Source: Hydrolagus colliei (lineage: Eukaryota). Taken from it: 64,000 bases of DNA. Made by a program: the position numbers and the translations under genes. A model generated the notes under the pieces. The model saw only the letters and a program-made list of their open reading frames with translations. It had not been told where the DNA came from and searched no databases. The stretch covers positions 47,802,001-47,866,000 of the forward strand of contig CM068743.1 of NCBI GenBank assembly GCA_035084275.1, read 5' to 3'. Below are positions 11,441-25,967 of this stretch, piece by piece (the first letter of the stretch is position 1; every line of letters starts with the position of its first letter).

Positions 11441-13754
11441 AGGCTGATACATAAGAATGAATTTATAAAATGTTCAAAATTCCGAATACCTGCAGTCGTA
11501 AATTTTAAAATGCTGAAATGATGAAAAATTTCAGACCACTGTTGGAAATATAGCACACAAATCTGTCTGCCAACAGCAATAACCTTTTGCACAGTGTACA
11601 GTGTAGTTTATTTTCCTCTCTTAATTATCCTTTGTAGAGACAAGATTTGGATCAAACTGTTGTGCAGTATTTGTCAATCTCACAGTTAAAGATTTAACAG
11701 AAGTACAGTATAATCCTGATTTAGCTTAGAGTTCTCCATGAAATGAGTTTTGCTGTGAACCTCATTAAAAGACAGTTCAGTAAATCATAATATTGTCCAG
11801 AAAAATGCACAACTATTCACACTTTGTGCAGATGCTAAGTAGACCTTAAGAAGTGTTATGATTTGAACGCTGGAGGACGTGGAAAGTGTTAGTAATCTCA
11901 CTCATACAATATATTGAAGGGATTAAGAGTAAACATGTACAATTGCGACAGGAGAAGCTGAACATCACTCTTTGGCATTTTATCAAGATAACAAAGAGTA
12001 TAAGAACAGTTACTGACAGATGGTTAGCTGAATTCTTGGGTGAAGAACGCAGCTGAGATTTGAGCTGCACTTGAAATGTGTAGATTAGATTTTCAGCAAT
12101 CAAGAGAGCTCCTGTCAAATAATGGAAGTAGAACACAATATGTTTTATGAAGTAAAGAATGAGCTAGAGAATGGGTAAAAAGTAAAATGAATAAGATTGT
12201 TGTCAATAATATGGAGTGAGGTTGGAGAGGATCTCCAGCAGTACCCAAATTGAGGTAATTAACCATTTGTACTGCCAACCTGCTCAAAGTATTCTTTGGA
12301 ATCAGAAAAACCTAGCTATCTATTAGAGAAGGCTGGTCCCTCCAGGGAGAATGTGCACACCATTGCAGACACAGGGAAATGTTCATGTCTAGATGGCATA
12401 TTTTATGGAACTTTCAGTCCGGCTTGGATATTCTTCTATACGGTGATGGGTTTTTGTACAAGTCTGGATGACCAAAGAAAAGCAGAGAATATCAAAGATA
12501 ATGTAAGCATTCTCTTGTCTAAGGGATGTTATATACAGCATTTGGAAAATCCAAGGCCAACAATTTTCTTTACACCACCTACTAAATCTGGCAACACTAC
12601 ACCGATACTCCTTTAATGGCAGTGTCCATTAATAACAGTGCTGGTTTATGTTTTGGTAGGAGTTTTACAGGGGAATTTGGGGGTATCTGTCATTTTTCTT
12701 CCTTTTTATTGTACAATGCTGAAGGTGCTATGCATCTCACTGACCAAAGTTTCAGCTTAATGATGCTGAAGGTTTAGCCACCAATGCTGGCAGATAGCCT
12801 GTAGGAATGAGCTGTGTGGGATCAAAGGCAACTGCAGAACATCTCTACAACATTGTATGTGTTGCTTAACAAGTTGCTTGAGTTATTTAACACAAGAAAT
12901 GGATATGTGAATTCTACGAATTTTACCATAATGTTCTTTATTATTTTGTAAATGATATTGGTTTTAGTTGACTGCAATATTTAACGGTACCGTAGTTACT
13001 TCACTAGAGTGATTTTAAATTTCATTCATTGATGACCACTTTAATAACCATTTTGATACCAATTTAATAATTGTCACTGCTTTACTTATATCTTCAAACC
13101 TTGTACAGTATTATGGGCTAATGACTGAACAGACAAACTATAATGCGCTTTACTATACCACAAATAGACTTGGAACCCCATTTATTGCATATCCCCACAG
13201 CTTGACACTTCCTAGGTACCAGTTGACTTTTTTTGTGCTGGAATGGTCACCTTCTGGAACATATGGTCTCCATTATTAAATAAATAATAATAATTTAGAC
13301 ATTCAATCCACTACTGTTTGTGGGACACTGCTGTGCTGCGTCCATCAAACATACAGTCAATTCACTTTTCAGTATATTCTGTCAAGTGCTCTGAGCCAAC
13401 TCAAAGACATGACAAGATGTTATATCAAGTAAGTATTATTATTATTGAAGGTACTGCCTGCCTTGCTACTCAGACATGTAGCAGAAAATCATGTCAGCAA
13501 TGACCCAGAAGTCAAACAGTTTTGCTTTCTGTGCTAGAAAAAAAGTGGCCGATTTGCAGGTCATCAAGTCACCACTGGTATCACTTCCAGCTTTGTGCAA
13601 AAACAGGAAGGCAAGTTGCAATGACCTGATAACGAGGAAGACATCCAAAAGCTCTTCACGGGATATACTGTAAAGTGAAGTGCCTGTTTGTTTTGTAGGC
13701 GAAACATGTATGTAAAAATACAAGATCATACAGATTGGTACAAAACTCCCCAAA

Positions 13755-14012
13755 TCGAGGGAGGTCAGGGCAAAACCTTGGGCAAGTTTCCTTATGCCAC
13801 ACGCCTAATAATAATCCCTCCAAAAAATACACACTAATAAAAATTGGTCACTTCAATCCACAACTGTTTGTGGGACACTGCTGTGCGCAATTGGCTGCCG
13901 CTTTTTGCCCACAAATATGCAGTCAATTCACTTTACAGTATATTCTGTGAAGCGCTTTGAGACATCAAGAAGATGTGAAAAATGCTACATCAAAATGCAA
14001 AGATTATTATTA
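13755..14012 (+). mobile_element. Dominant SINE, 5'-truncated, near-consensus
   Basis: Family body and tail. Confidence 0.85.
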
Positions 14013-16089
14013 AATTCAATCTTAATTTGGAAGCCAGTTTTGTTTTAAACTGTGGAAAATCTATTTCCAAATTAAAAGAAAATATAAGAATTTTCCATAA
14101 ATTAGCTTAATCTTACATTTTAGGACAGAATGATCTCACAGGCTTACACACTAAGCAGATTTCAGGCCTGTAGTGTATTCACATTATCACCATAGTTGTA
14201 AGATTCTGGAGCTGTTGATTCAAGGCCAAACAATTTTTCTATTCACTATAACAGACAACCAAAGTGTTGGAGGTTTGACAAGAGCACATTATTTAGCTAC
14301 TGATTGAAAAAAATTGCCTTCAGATGGGTTAAGATCATACAAGTAATATAAATAAATAATCAACAATTTTGTTAACAATGGATGATTCCTGAAAATCAAC
14401 CAAACCTTAGCTGGCAACACAATTTTGTTTTTAATTTAAGACATCACAGGATTGTGAAAAATTATTCAGGAAGTTGATTTTAACAACTGCAGAGAAATAG
14501 CTCTAAATCAACAACAACAACTTGAACTTCTATAGTATCATTTACGTAGGGTCTAATAAAGACTACATTAAGAATTGTCCATGATTCAGCAGCAACAATT
14601 GGCCTTCCCTTCTGGGTAAATTATTTCACCATGCTGAGTCATGTAATTCAATATAATCGATGTCTCTTTGCTGTGCTTGATTGCATGACCTATTGTATAA
14701 TTTGTATTTGTTAATGTGATATGTTGTCTAATGCAGTTGACGTGATAATTATCAGGATTATGAAACTTCACAAATCACATTTAACACATTTAACTATTAG
14801 AAGTCTCACTAGACCCATGTATTACCAGTGTTGAGATGAGCCATTTTATTTTGATTTAAACCCATTGCTGTGTGTAAAATTGGCTGCCTCATTCGCTGTC
14901 AAAATACAGCCTGACTGTCACCTCACCTTACAGTATATCCTGTGAAGCACTTTAACATTCCTTGTGATACAAAAGGCACAATATCAAATGTAAGGATTAT
15001 TATTATTAACTTTGAATTTCATGTGCTGGACCCAGTTTAATTGGAGGCCCTGGAGACAACGTTTGAGCTCTGGTTTGCAGGACATTGACTGAATTCAGTC
15101 ATTACCCTCTTCTAGCTGGACCCTATAGACCCCCCAATCTCTGCGATTGATTGGAGCAGTTTTCAGGACAGAGAAATCCTTGGGCAGAGTTACTGTGGAG
15201 GGGTAGAGAGGATAAATCATTCATGTGTTTCTCTTCATTTGCAAAGGAAGAAGCAGAGACAGGTTTAAAAAAAATATTGAGAGACAGCTGGGAAATTCAA
15301 CCGAGACAATTGTGAACTCAATCTGTCTGCCCTCAATTACAGATGGGCTACACTTTCTGTTCTATGAGCACCAAATGCTATCATGCTTTAAATGACTATT
15401 TAGGAAGCTGGAAACTATTGACACAACATGTCCTTAAACCTTGGCCCAGGAAACTGGAAAGTAATGTACTCCTTATGTGACATTATCTTATCGACTTGGA
15501 TTGCATCATTCCAATTGGATTCCAAAATTCTTTCCATGAGATCCTATTAGTTGTTAGGAATTATAGCCAACAGTTTGTCCTACTGGGTTACCTAAGGTTT
15601 GATCGAAATTCCAAAGGCTACATGATTAATCCAATCTACATGATTGGTGTGTTTTGGGATACTTTATTTCTGGCATAGTTGGTGGCACATTCCTTCTGAA
15701 TCAGATGGTTGTGGTTTAAAATCCCACATCATGAGTTTTAGCTCGTAGTCCAGGCGGACACTATAGTTCAGTGTTGTGGAGAACGATGTCTCAAAGAAAT
15801 GTCTCAAAAAAACCTTGAAATGTTCTTCTGACATGAAAGACATTAAATCAAATATAAGGATTATTATTAATTAGAAAAATTAATTACAATACTATTTGAG
15901 GATCGGGTTGAAGTTCCACTCCTGCCTTTCCTCTACCTCTTAATCTGACTTATTTTGCATCATTACCAGTGAACTTAGTTCTGAGCAAATGTGCTTTGAT
16001 AATTCTCTGCTGTATCATTGATATCTAATTTCTGTATCATCAAAAAATATTTTCTGTTATGTATGTGACATGAGTAAGTAGTAAAACCT

Positions 16090-16352
16090 GGTGTAGTAGC
16101 GTGGTGCAGTGGTAGAATTCTCCCCTCTGAGTCGGAAGGTTATGGGTTCAAGCCGCATGTCGGGATTTGGAATCATATAGTCTAAGAGGACATTCCAATG
16201 TGGAGCTGGTGGTGTGCTGCATTGTTGGAGGTGCCGTTCTTCGGATGCAAGGTTAAACCAAGGTCCCATCTGTCTGTTCAGCTGGATGTTAAATATTCCA
16301 TGGCACTTTTAAAAAGGAGAAAGGATTTTTTCCAGAGTCCTGGCCAACAAAT
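16090..16352 (+). mobile_element. Deu-domain SINE 5' part (split by Penelope; 3' part resumes ~17225)
   Basis: CCTCTGAGTCGGAAGGTTATGGGTTCAAG head; TTGGAGGTGCCGTTCTTCGGATG..TTAAACC core. Confidence 0.8.
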
Positions 16353-16361
16353 ACCTCATAA

Positions 16362-17215
16362 TAAAACAAAAACAGAAGTTGCTGGGAACATTCAGGCAGC
16401 ATCTATGGAGAAAGGAAAGTGGGTCAATGTTTTAGGTCCATCACCTAAAGTCAGAATTGGGGAATGTTGGGAAGGACTAATGGCAAAGGCAGGGCAAGGA
16501 AGACAATGGAGAAAAAAGAGGACAGGAGATGATGACTTAAAGAGGTGTTCGTGGTGCAAAACAAAGGATTGCAACAAAACAGGAGAAAATAGGTGTTAAT
16601 AATGCAAAACATTGGAGGGAATTGCAACAAAAGAGAGAGAGAAAAGGTGCGTTTCAGACCCGGGTGATGTGGTAATGGTTACAGAAGAGTGGGAGTGGCA
16701 AGGGGAGCTGTTATGGCCTGAAATTGCTGAAATCAATATTAAAACCAGAGGGCTGTAAAGTCCCTAGTAGATAGATAAGGTGCTGTTCCTTGAGCTTGCT
16801 TTGTGGTTCATTGGAATAGTGTAGGAGACCATGGATGGAGAGGTTCACACTGCGAGTGGAAAGGAGAGTTGAAGTGACAAGAAACTGGAAGTTCAAGATT
16901 GTGCTTGCAGACAGAATGGAAGTTTTTGGCAAATCAGTCACCCAATCTGCATTTGGTCTCCTCAATATAGAGGAGACCACACCATTAGCAGCGAATACAG
17001 TATTCTACATCAGTGGTAGTACATGTAAATCGCTATCTCACTTGAAAAATGTGTTTGGGAGGAGGTGAAAGGGCAGGTATTGCATCTCCCGCTCTGGCAT
17101 GGGAAGGTGATGGGGGGGAGGAGAGTAACATTTGGTGGTAATGGAGGAATGAACCAGAAGGTCACTGAGGAAACAGTCCCTTCAGAAACTTGAGAAGGGA
17201 GGGAGAAAGGTTTTT
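16362..17215 (-). mobile_element. Penelope-like retroelement, 3' part (GIY-YIG endonuclease + pseudo-LTR)
   Basis: Minus strand gives VEYCIRC*WCGLLYIEETKCRLGD*F and KLKEQHLIYLLGTLQPSGFNIDFSNFRP*. 3' end ATAGATGCTGCCTGA...CCCAGCAACTTCTGTTTTTGTT. Confidence 0.85.
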
Positions 17216-17323
17216 ATCACAAAAAAAAGTGGTCATCACTCCATGGCTGTTTGTTGGACACTGCTGTGCACAATTGACTGCTGCATTTCATCCACAAAAT
17301 ACAGTCAAATTACTTCACAGTAT

Positions 17324-17639
17324 AATAATAGTAATAATCCTTGCATTTGATATAGCGTTTTTCACATCTTATCAACGTCTCAAAATGGTTCACAGAATGT
17401 ACTGTAAAGAGAATTGATTGTATATTTGTGGGCAAAACGCGGCAACCAATTGCACACAGCAGTATCCCACAAACAGTCATGGATTGAAAATGACCAATTT
17501 TACTATTGTGGGTTTTTTGGACGGATTATTATTAGGCGTGTGGAGTGAGGAAACTTGTCCAAGGTTTCGCCCTGACCTGCCTTGATTCGAACGCAGGTCT
17601 CATGCTTGTAAGGCGAGTGCTCTAACCACTGAGCTACAG
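17324..17639 (-). mobile_element. Dominant SINE, full length, nested
   Basis: ACAGTATA repeated at both junctions of the host SINE. Confidence 0.85.
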
Positions 17640-19944
17640 TATATCCTGTGAAGCACTTCAAGACATCTCAATGACATGATAAGGTGCTATGTTAAGTGCA
17701 AGGATAATTGTTATTAGTACTGCCGCATTTCTCCCACAAATATAAAGTCAATTCACTTTACAGAATATACTGTGAAGCGTTTTGAGAAGTCTCAAAGTCA
17801 TGGTAAGCCGCTATATCACATGCAAGAATTATTATTATTATAATGAGATCTAATGACAATGTTGGAGGAGTTGCTTCTGACAAGTCAGGATATGGTAGCT
17901 CAGCTTTTCTAGTGCTTTATTTACACAATTATTCAAGGACCTAAATTGAATGCCAAAAATCTAAAGTATTTTTGACACAAGGTAAATATTTATCCTCCCT
18001 GATTCTACTTTGTACAAAAAAGTGCTATAATTCAAATTAAATTATAACTATTTCCTTCACATTATTTTTTATGAATATAACAATGAATGTAACAGTGTAA
18101 TTGGAAATTTTTTTTTTTGGAAAGATTGAAGCAGAAATTATATATGCAACGGTTTTATAATGTTTAACATTATCGCAAATAATTGGAACCATATAGTCCA
18201 CTGGTGCAGAACAGTTTAGGACATTTCAATTGTGTTATTTTCTGTATAATAATAATAATTTTTGCATTTGATATTGTGCGTGAAACATCAAAGAGCTGCA
18301 CAGGAAATTGAATGAGCTAAAAATGTCATTTACATCTCACCCACTTATTTTATAGCAAAGTTATTGTTCTAATCTGTACCCAACTTATTATTTCATTTTC
18401 AAAGCATGTAGTGAACATCAGAACCATCTATCTTTTCCAGACTTACTCTATGGAGTGCTATGCTTTGCATACTACCTTCAGTTAGAAACTAATGCTATTT
18501 TCTCGTGTTACAGGACAATGAAACACGCCTTTATTTTCCTAGAATCTAGCCATGTTTTTACACAGACATGTAACACCTTCAACTAATTTTAAATTGCAGC
18601 AAATTGCATACTTGTATGAATATAGCCAGCACTTTTTTTTTAATGCCTTCCAAATGCTCATCACCCAGGATAATATCGAACAATGTCCCACAATCAGACA
18701 ATAACATGCATCATTATCTTTGTCTTGGGAGATCAAATACCTGAAACTGGCAAAATAAACATTGTAAAGTAGAACCTAAGGAAGTTGATATTCCATAAAA
18801 AGAATACCACTGCACCAGATTCGTTTAGTACGATTCTTGTACAGTATCAGAAGATATTGTATGACCATATGATCTTATGGGAACTCTTTTATTTTGAGGA
18901 GGGGGGGAATTCAATTGATGTTATTATGTCTGAGCTCCTTTTTTACCCTGACAGTGGAATGAGCTTTGTTGAGAGGTTGGAGGTTTCCTACACTGTTTAC
19001 TAGGTATCAAGGTACTCACTCATTGGATTTACATAGCGTTTGCTATAAGAATAAACCACCTGCAGAATATTATTTTCTTCTGCTTTTAATTCCATCAGCC
19101 CATCCATTGAAGCTCAATGGGGCCGATGGGTTTTAAACCGCAGTTGACAGATGGCCTGCAGAATGAACCATATATGTATATCTGCTCCAGGCAAGAGGAA
19201 CCCTCTGAAGGACAGCATGTGTCCTTCAGCAGCACCCTCTCTCATTGCCATTTGGCATCTCCTAAGATCAGCTACAGTGGAAGAATAAGATCCTTGGCCA
19301 GCATTTGTAGGAAAGAGAGGGCACAGCAATTGACAGCAGTCGGTGGACAGTAGCTGCTCAGTAAGTGTAGCTGCAGTAATCAGAACATTATTGTAACAGG
19401 AGTTGAACTCCAAAAAGGATAAAGGCAGTGATGTAAAATGACATTTTGCACTTGGAAAGATTGCGCAAATTGATTTATCCCTTTGGCTGCAGTCTGACAT
19501 TGCTGCCTTATTAAATGCTCTGTATTTTCAATCTATTCAATTGTATTCAGGTCTATTTAGTGCTTCATACAGTATTTAGTACATCAAACGGACCCAGCTG
19601 TGCTCACCACCACAATGTCTTCCACTCCCCCCGTCTCCAATGGTGACATCCTTGAAACATTGGACTTTCGCTCGCGGATAGGAGCTTCACTGCTGGTTAG
19701 TGGAATATCATCTTTTATTAAACAAAAAGATGGTATGCTATTAATCAACAGTCAACTGCAAATCTTAATTAACATGATAAAGGAGAGAATGCAGGATTCA
19801 GTTACAATTTGTAACATTGGAGTTCATATTTATTTCATGCCCTTCATCAAATATTTTGCGGAGGAACCTTGGTTGAAAATTACATTCTTCAGATCAAGCA
19901 TTTCTCATGAAACATCAACAAGAACAAATGACATTTGTAAACAG

Positions 19945-20379
19945 CCTTTCATCGCGTCTTTGAGATGTCTCAAAGCACTTCACAGAAGATTCTGTGGTGA
20001 AACATGGCAGGCAATTGTGCACAGCAATGTCCCACAAACAGTTGTGGATTGAGTGACCAAATTAGTTTTTTTAAGGAATTATTACCCCCGGAGAAGCAAT
20101 CCGCCAATTCACTAACAAACAGGTTCCAACTTACTGCTAGGTACAGTAAAAGCTTTGTTATCCGGCACCTTCGGGACATGACCGGTGCCTGTTAATAAAA
20201 TATGCTGGATATTCAAGCGGCAAGTTGCCGAAAATTCTACACAAAAAATTAACTTATTTTAAAACATACCATATTAATAAAAGACTAAATAAAAACAGAA
20301 TATGGATACTTACTAATAAAGCAATGTTTCGCCCACCAGCAATGAAACCCAGGTCTCTCATTTTTGAGCTACAGGACTC
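19945..20379 (-). mobile_element. Dominant SINE, long subtype, interrupted by a MITE end
   Basis: Reverse body; head GAGCTACAGGACTC. Confidence 0.75.
20144..20320. mobile_element. Left end of a related Tigger-type element inserted in a SINE
   Basis: TA|CAGTAAAAGCTTTGTTATCCGGCACC resembles the TIR at 1863; no right TIR seen. Confidence 0.6.
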
Positions 20380-20559
20380 CATTACATGGCAGCAACATAG
20401 TAATGAATCAGTTTATGAGAAGGACTAGCAGGAGTAAACCATTGGGTTTACCTATCCAATTTTACAAAGAATCCATTGATGCACCTGTTTTCATAGAAAG
20501 AATCATAGAATTTTACAGCACAAAAGGAGGCCATTAGGCCCATTTAGTTTTATTTCTGT

Positions 20560-20910
20560 ATCAGCTGGTTTAGTTGGTAGCATTCACTTGAAAGTCAGAA
20601 GTTTGTGACTTTGAGCTCCCAGTCTAGGCTGACACTAATGTTGAATTGCCAAAGGATGTCATTCTTCAGATGAAATGTTAAACTGAGGCCCTCTCTAACT
20701 GTTCAGGCGCATGTTAAAGGTCTTGTGGCATGATTGGAAAAGAGAAGGAAATTTCTGGCCCATAGTCATATAAACATTTGGCATTTGTCAATCACAAATT
20801 TTATCTATAAAAATACACAGTCACTATATTTTACAATAAATCTTATAAATAGCTTTGAGGCATTTAAATGACATGTTAGGTGCTTGATCAGTTGCAAGGA
20901 TTATTATTCT
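20560..20910 (+). mobile_element. Deu-domain SINE
   Basis: tRNA head, TCTAGGCTGACAC, CAGATGAAATGTTAAACTGAGGCCC, GGATTATTATT tail. Confidence 0.7.
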
Positions 20911-22599
20911 TTAAAATCCAAATCATTAGAATTTCTCGTGCTGCTATATGCCATATGTTTAATTTCCTTTTTTTAAAAAAAATAAAACTCCTGTGTATTC
21001 TATTTATTTTTGCTGCTCTTGTTTTGAATCAGTGATTCTTACTGGATCCTGAATTCTGCACTTGGCAGAGAAATGTAGCTGTGTTTAAATTTTCCAAGTA
21101 CCTGTAATAATGAAAACATAAAGCACTGGCATCAAAGAGTGGGGGAAGGGGGGGTGGAGTGGAGGGAAATAATAGTGAATCAGGTGCATTAAGTGCATAG
21201 CACAAGATTGCTTTACACTGCACACAATACATCATAAATGCAATTATATCATATGGGTTTTAGCTTGGACTCTGTGATTTGTTCAAATACACTATACACT
21301 GATAGCGGCCAGGTTCTTAGTTGGCTTCAGAACTGGTAGAAGTAAATCATCTGTGCGTTCCCTTTTTGTGCATCTGTATCATCTAGTTGCATAAAATTTA
21401 AACCAATACTGTATAGAATTTCTTTGATGGATCAGTCTATCAATACATGCTATTTGTTAATGTTTCAATCAGTTGTACTATCAGACACACAGGCACAAAA
21501 GTAGGCCTGCAGCATTTTATCTGAGACAAATTAGATCTGACTAATATTCCCAGGGCAGCAGCTGTTAGGCCATGGATGTAATATTCTCTGTGTTACGTAT
21601 ATTAAAGGCCTGCAGCCCTATTAGCACTTCACTTTTATTTAAACCCGAAGTGTGCTTCATGATAATTTTACTCTGAAGACAGATTCTTTACAGTAAAACA
21701 GGAATTGGAGCAGCGAGCTGATAGCTTTGTAAATGGATTGCCAACTCCCTTTGTTGTGATCATATAGACTGAAGTGAAGGAACCCCAGGAAATATTTTCA
21801 TGCTGCAGGTTCAAATGTGTTGTTTGATATTGTCTCCAGTAATCGTAATTATTAAATCAACCAATGGTGGTGAAAGGAGTCAGTATATATCAGTGGCCAA
21901 GGGATTTAGTACCGGGATGGGAGGGAGGGATGGAAAGGGTTTCACTCCTAATGCCACTGATAACTATTTCCTGATTGAGTGCATTTTCGATCAGTACCAT
22001 CAGTGATAATTATTAGATGCTGATTTCTCCCTCCCCTCTTCTTTCTGCTTCTCCCAGCTTCAGAGTTAATGTCGGGTACTGCCGCGCAATACAGGAAAGT
22101 GAAAGGAGAGTACCCCAGAGATACTTCTGTTCATCACTGCGTTGCCACCTCACCAACACGATCATCAAGGAAATAAAACCAGAAAAATACAAACCCACAA
22201 CAGATCAAATATCATTTTAGATTCATAGAAGATACAGCTCAGAAACAGGTCTTCCAATTTCCCACTCCTTCCTCTATAAGCGTGCCATCATCTCCACTCT
22301 CTTCCCAGCTTCGTATTAAACTCAACCACTGTTAAGCAATCTGAGATGGTATCCACATAAAGGATGCTATATAATTGCAAGATTTCCTGGACAATTGTTG
22401 GACATCAGGAGAAATTCACTTTTTTTTGAATAGGGATTTTTAACATCTACTTGATCAGACTGAGGTTTAAGCTTCACATTGGGACTTTGACCTCATAATC
22501 TAGAGGGGCTGACACTCTTATCGCAGTAATGAGGGAGTACTGTTTGGAAGTGCCATCCTTTGGAAGAGCCAATAAGTCAAGATACAGTTTGTCAGTGTT

Positions 22600-22865
22600 T
22601 AGAACCTACCCTAGAAATGGCTGGGGAAGCCCCATCCTATACACCGCGTGAGCTGTAAACACAGCACTGAAGCCAAAAAATGCTCGAGCTACACCCACAG
22701 CACCGGATGATAGAGCGCTCACGCCGGGAACTGCAAGCAGCTGTTCTGAACTTCTGGAGATTTGCCGACATTGAAAGAAAAAGTTAATACTGTATGTGTT
22801 TTGAAATTATGTCGATTTTCGGGAGTTGGCGGCTTTCGGAGTGTCAGATTATTGAGGTTTTACTG
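22600..22865. mobile_element. Right end of a Tigger-type element inserted in a Deu-SINE
   Basis: Ends GTCAGATTATTGAGGTTTTACTG|TA; CpG-rich interior; left boundary uncertain. Confidence 0.55.
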
Positions 22866-25105
22866 TACTATCTGCCTGTTCAGGTTGATGTAAAAGACAC
22901 CATTTCATTATTTGAAAAGAGTAGATTGCTTCTCTCAGTATCTTGGCCCACTTATGCAGTGCATTCAGTTCTTTGCTGTTTATGGGACATTGCAATGTGA
23001 AATTTGGCTGTTAAGTTTACTTACTCACAATCACTAACATTTTATAGAACACTCAGTAAAAGTTTCAGCATGATAAGGTGCTGTAACAAGTGCAAGTATT
23101 TACAAAATTAGATGGTGATGTAGAATCCAATTCTTTGGACATGGGTACAGAAAGGATTATAGAAAGGATCATTGCAGCCTAAAGTTACATAAATGCCATA
23201 CTTTATTATTTCCTTTTTCCTCCTCAATCACTTCCTTTGGCTGCAGTTCATACTGATAGCCACTATGAACTCAGTTTATACATTGTGACCATGTTAACAT
23301 TTTGTTAAATAAGAACAAAATACGAATTTTACTTGGGAGACTTGATTTTATACAAATTGAAGTAATTTCTGGAGTTTCATTCTTATCTGAGTAATCTGGA
23401 GTATGTTGTGGGATTTCTGATGAATTTGAGTTGCTGAGTATTGCAAATGTCAAATGTCAAAGGATTATTACTACGTGTCTAAATCCCAGCATGCTCTCAT
23501 ACACCCATTAGCAAATGGTAGAGAAACAGAGAGTATCTGGGAGTATCCAATAATCCAAGCCAATTTGGCTGATGCAGTAAGAATTATTCTCTATGTGCCT
23601 GCATCGTGATGTACAAAACAGCCTTTTCCTTTGGGGATCTAGTTGAACAATCCACTAATGTTAGACTATTTTAAGGTATCTGGGTCGGTACATCATTCCA
23701 GTAACATGGTACCTGTGTTTGAAAGATATGCTCAGGGGATATGCTTGGGTTGCTTTAAAAGACTCTTTCTGTTCTACCACTGCCTTTCAGTTTTGATCAA
23801 AGGGATCTGAGATGGCACAGTACAATTGTTTCGGCCTCATTTATCATCAGATTTTTATAAGAAATCACACTGTGAAAGCAACACAAAACTAAGCCATTGA
23901 ATTCTGACTGGAACCTATATCATAGTACATGTAACCGTGTGTGATGAGCAACACTTGGTCCTGATCTATTTTGACAAGACCGCATTCACCTATCTCCACA
24001 ATATTGGCCTCAAAGATTCTATGATAACTATCACCCCTGCTGATACCCCAGCAATGCCTTTGTCGCCTCTAAGATAGAGGCTTCTCCTCACTGGTTTCCT
24101 CAGTGATACCCTTTCCAAACTTCAGATAATCCAAAATAATAAGATAATTAATATAGTAGTAAGCTATTTACTAATATTACTACGAATATAGTAGTAAGCC
24201 ATGTCATTTCTTGCTTGCTTTGTTTGGGCAAAACTTGAATATGCAGTGAAAACTCACACTAGTACTCTCCGACAACCGAATACATGAGAAACACTTTCTG
24301 TATCACACTTCTTGCTGTGACTTGCTTTGTTGATGGTTTTCAAAGGTAACATTGCAAAGAGGATCCAGGAATTATGGAAATGAGATTCCTGATCATTCTG
24401 GGGATCGAGAGACACAGTTGCTATGGGAAGCAGTCAGGTTTTGCTGGGTTATTGTGAGATAAAACAAAATAAGAGATATAGAACCCACTCAGCAAGCTGC
24501 CAACTCTAAAGATTGTGGAAATGATTCCAGAGATGTAGTAAGAGGAAATAAGACTAAGTGCATCTTGTGCAAAGAATATCTTTATCATAAAAAAATTGCT
24601 GTTTTCAAAGCATTTAAATAATAATTCTATTGCTGTAGGGACTATTTTGCTATGAATTGCACAGATGCTACACTTTATAGTAAATCCCATTGAGTATTTT
24701 GAGACAACCTCCCAGTGTGAAATACATTATACCCAGATGTAAGGATTATAAGGATTCTTCTTATTAAAAAATAATGGTTCAGTATTATCATTTGCCAGAG
24801 ATTAATTTTACAGAAAATGTTTGTATTATTATCTTATATACTATGTAGATTCTAATAACATAATATTAATATTGTTAATAATATAAATATCCCCTCACAC
24901 AAATATTGCACTAGCTAGAACACCTGACAATAGAATAAGTAGATGGTTACATCAAGCCCTAAGGTAGTCTCAGATCATTTCTGCCACAGCAGAGAATTAT
25001 TAAGCAACAAGGAAACAGAGGGTGAGTAAAACATTTATATTGATCACCATTTCCACCGCTGGTGTTTGCATTTCCTGCACCATAATTGAAATGAAATCAA
25101 CTTAC

Positions 25106-25232
25106 CAAATACATTCGAGCAGCACGGTTTTTCGAGTACAGTCATCACTCTGCCCGGTGATGATGCATTATCTGCACAACTTGATGTGGTAGAAGTTTGA
25201 GCAGAGGCCTGGGCTATTAAATCAAGTGCCAT
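25106..25232 (-). CDS. Exon (127 nt); phase-0 frame MALDLIAQASAQTSTTSSCADNASSPGRVMTVLEKPCCSNVF
   Basis: tatctcttttag|ATGGCA...TATTTG|gtaagt. One open frame; more GC/CpG-rich than the AT-rich flanks. Coding frame and gene identity are not established. Confidence 0.65.
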
Positions 25233-25967
25233 CTAAAAGAGATACGTATGAGCACTCAAGTATTTTGGTGTTTCTGAGTAAGATTTGGTGTATAGAACTG
25301 TGCAAACATTTGCATTTTAGAACATTATATTTTAAACAAAAATAATCTCAGTATTTTTCTTCATTGTTTATATTTATAACAATTCTACTTATGTTTGGTA
25401 TAGCAACTTTAACTTTGGGAAGATGTCCCAAAGTGCTCCACAGGATTTACTGTAAAGTGCAGTGACTCTGTATTTGAGGGTAAGGATTATTATAGCCAAT
25501 GTCAATGCCTATACAATGTCACACAACCAGCCATGAAACAAATGAACAATTGTTCTACACTGTTCTACATCATGATTGATGCCTCTCTCATAAATTTCAA
25601 TATTGTTTCATAAACATATTTCTTCGACCGTGCCTTTGGTCAACCTCAATAAATCTCTAATTTCCCCTCTCAATGTACACCATTTTATTTGTCGAGTGTT
25701 TTTCAATATTCATCAGTGTGAAAGGGATACAAAAGCATATTGAATATTGTTAAAACAAATTAAATTCTAGAATTTGTATTGGGTTTTTGCAATGGTATTG
25801 GGTACCTGATGATACACTGAATTTACTATTAGTTGACATTTCCATGCAGTATAAAAATCATAATCATGCTTGCATAAAGGACTGCTAAAGTTTACATGTT
25901 CATAACGCTGTGTTTAAATAATTAATATATAATAATGCAATGATAGAATAAACATTGTTGTGAGTAC

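Noticed and set aside
19600-20052. 150-aa ORF
   Set aside because: Non-ATG start, no recognisable domain or splice signals, and it runs into a SINE.
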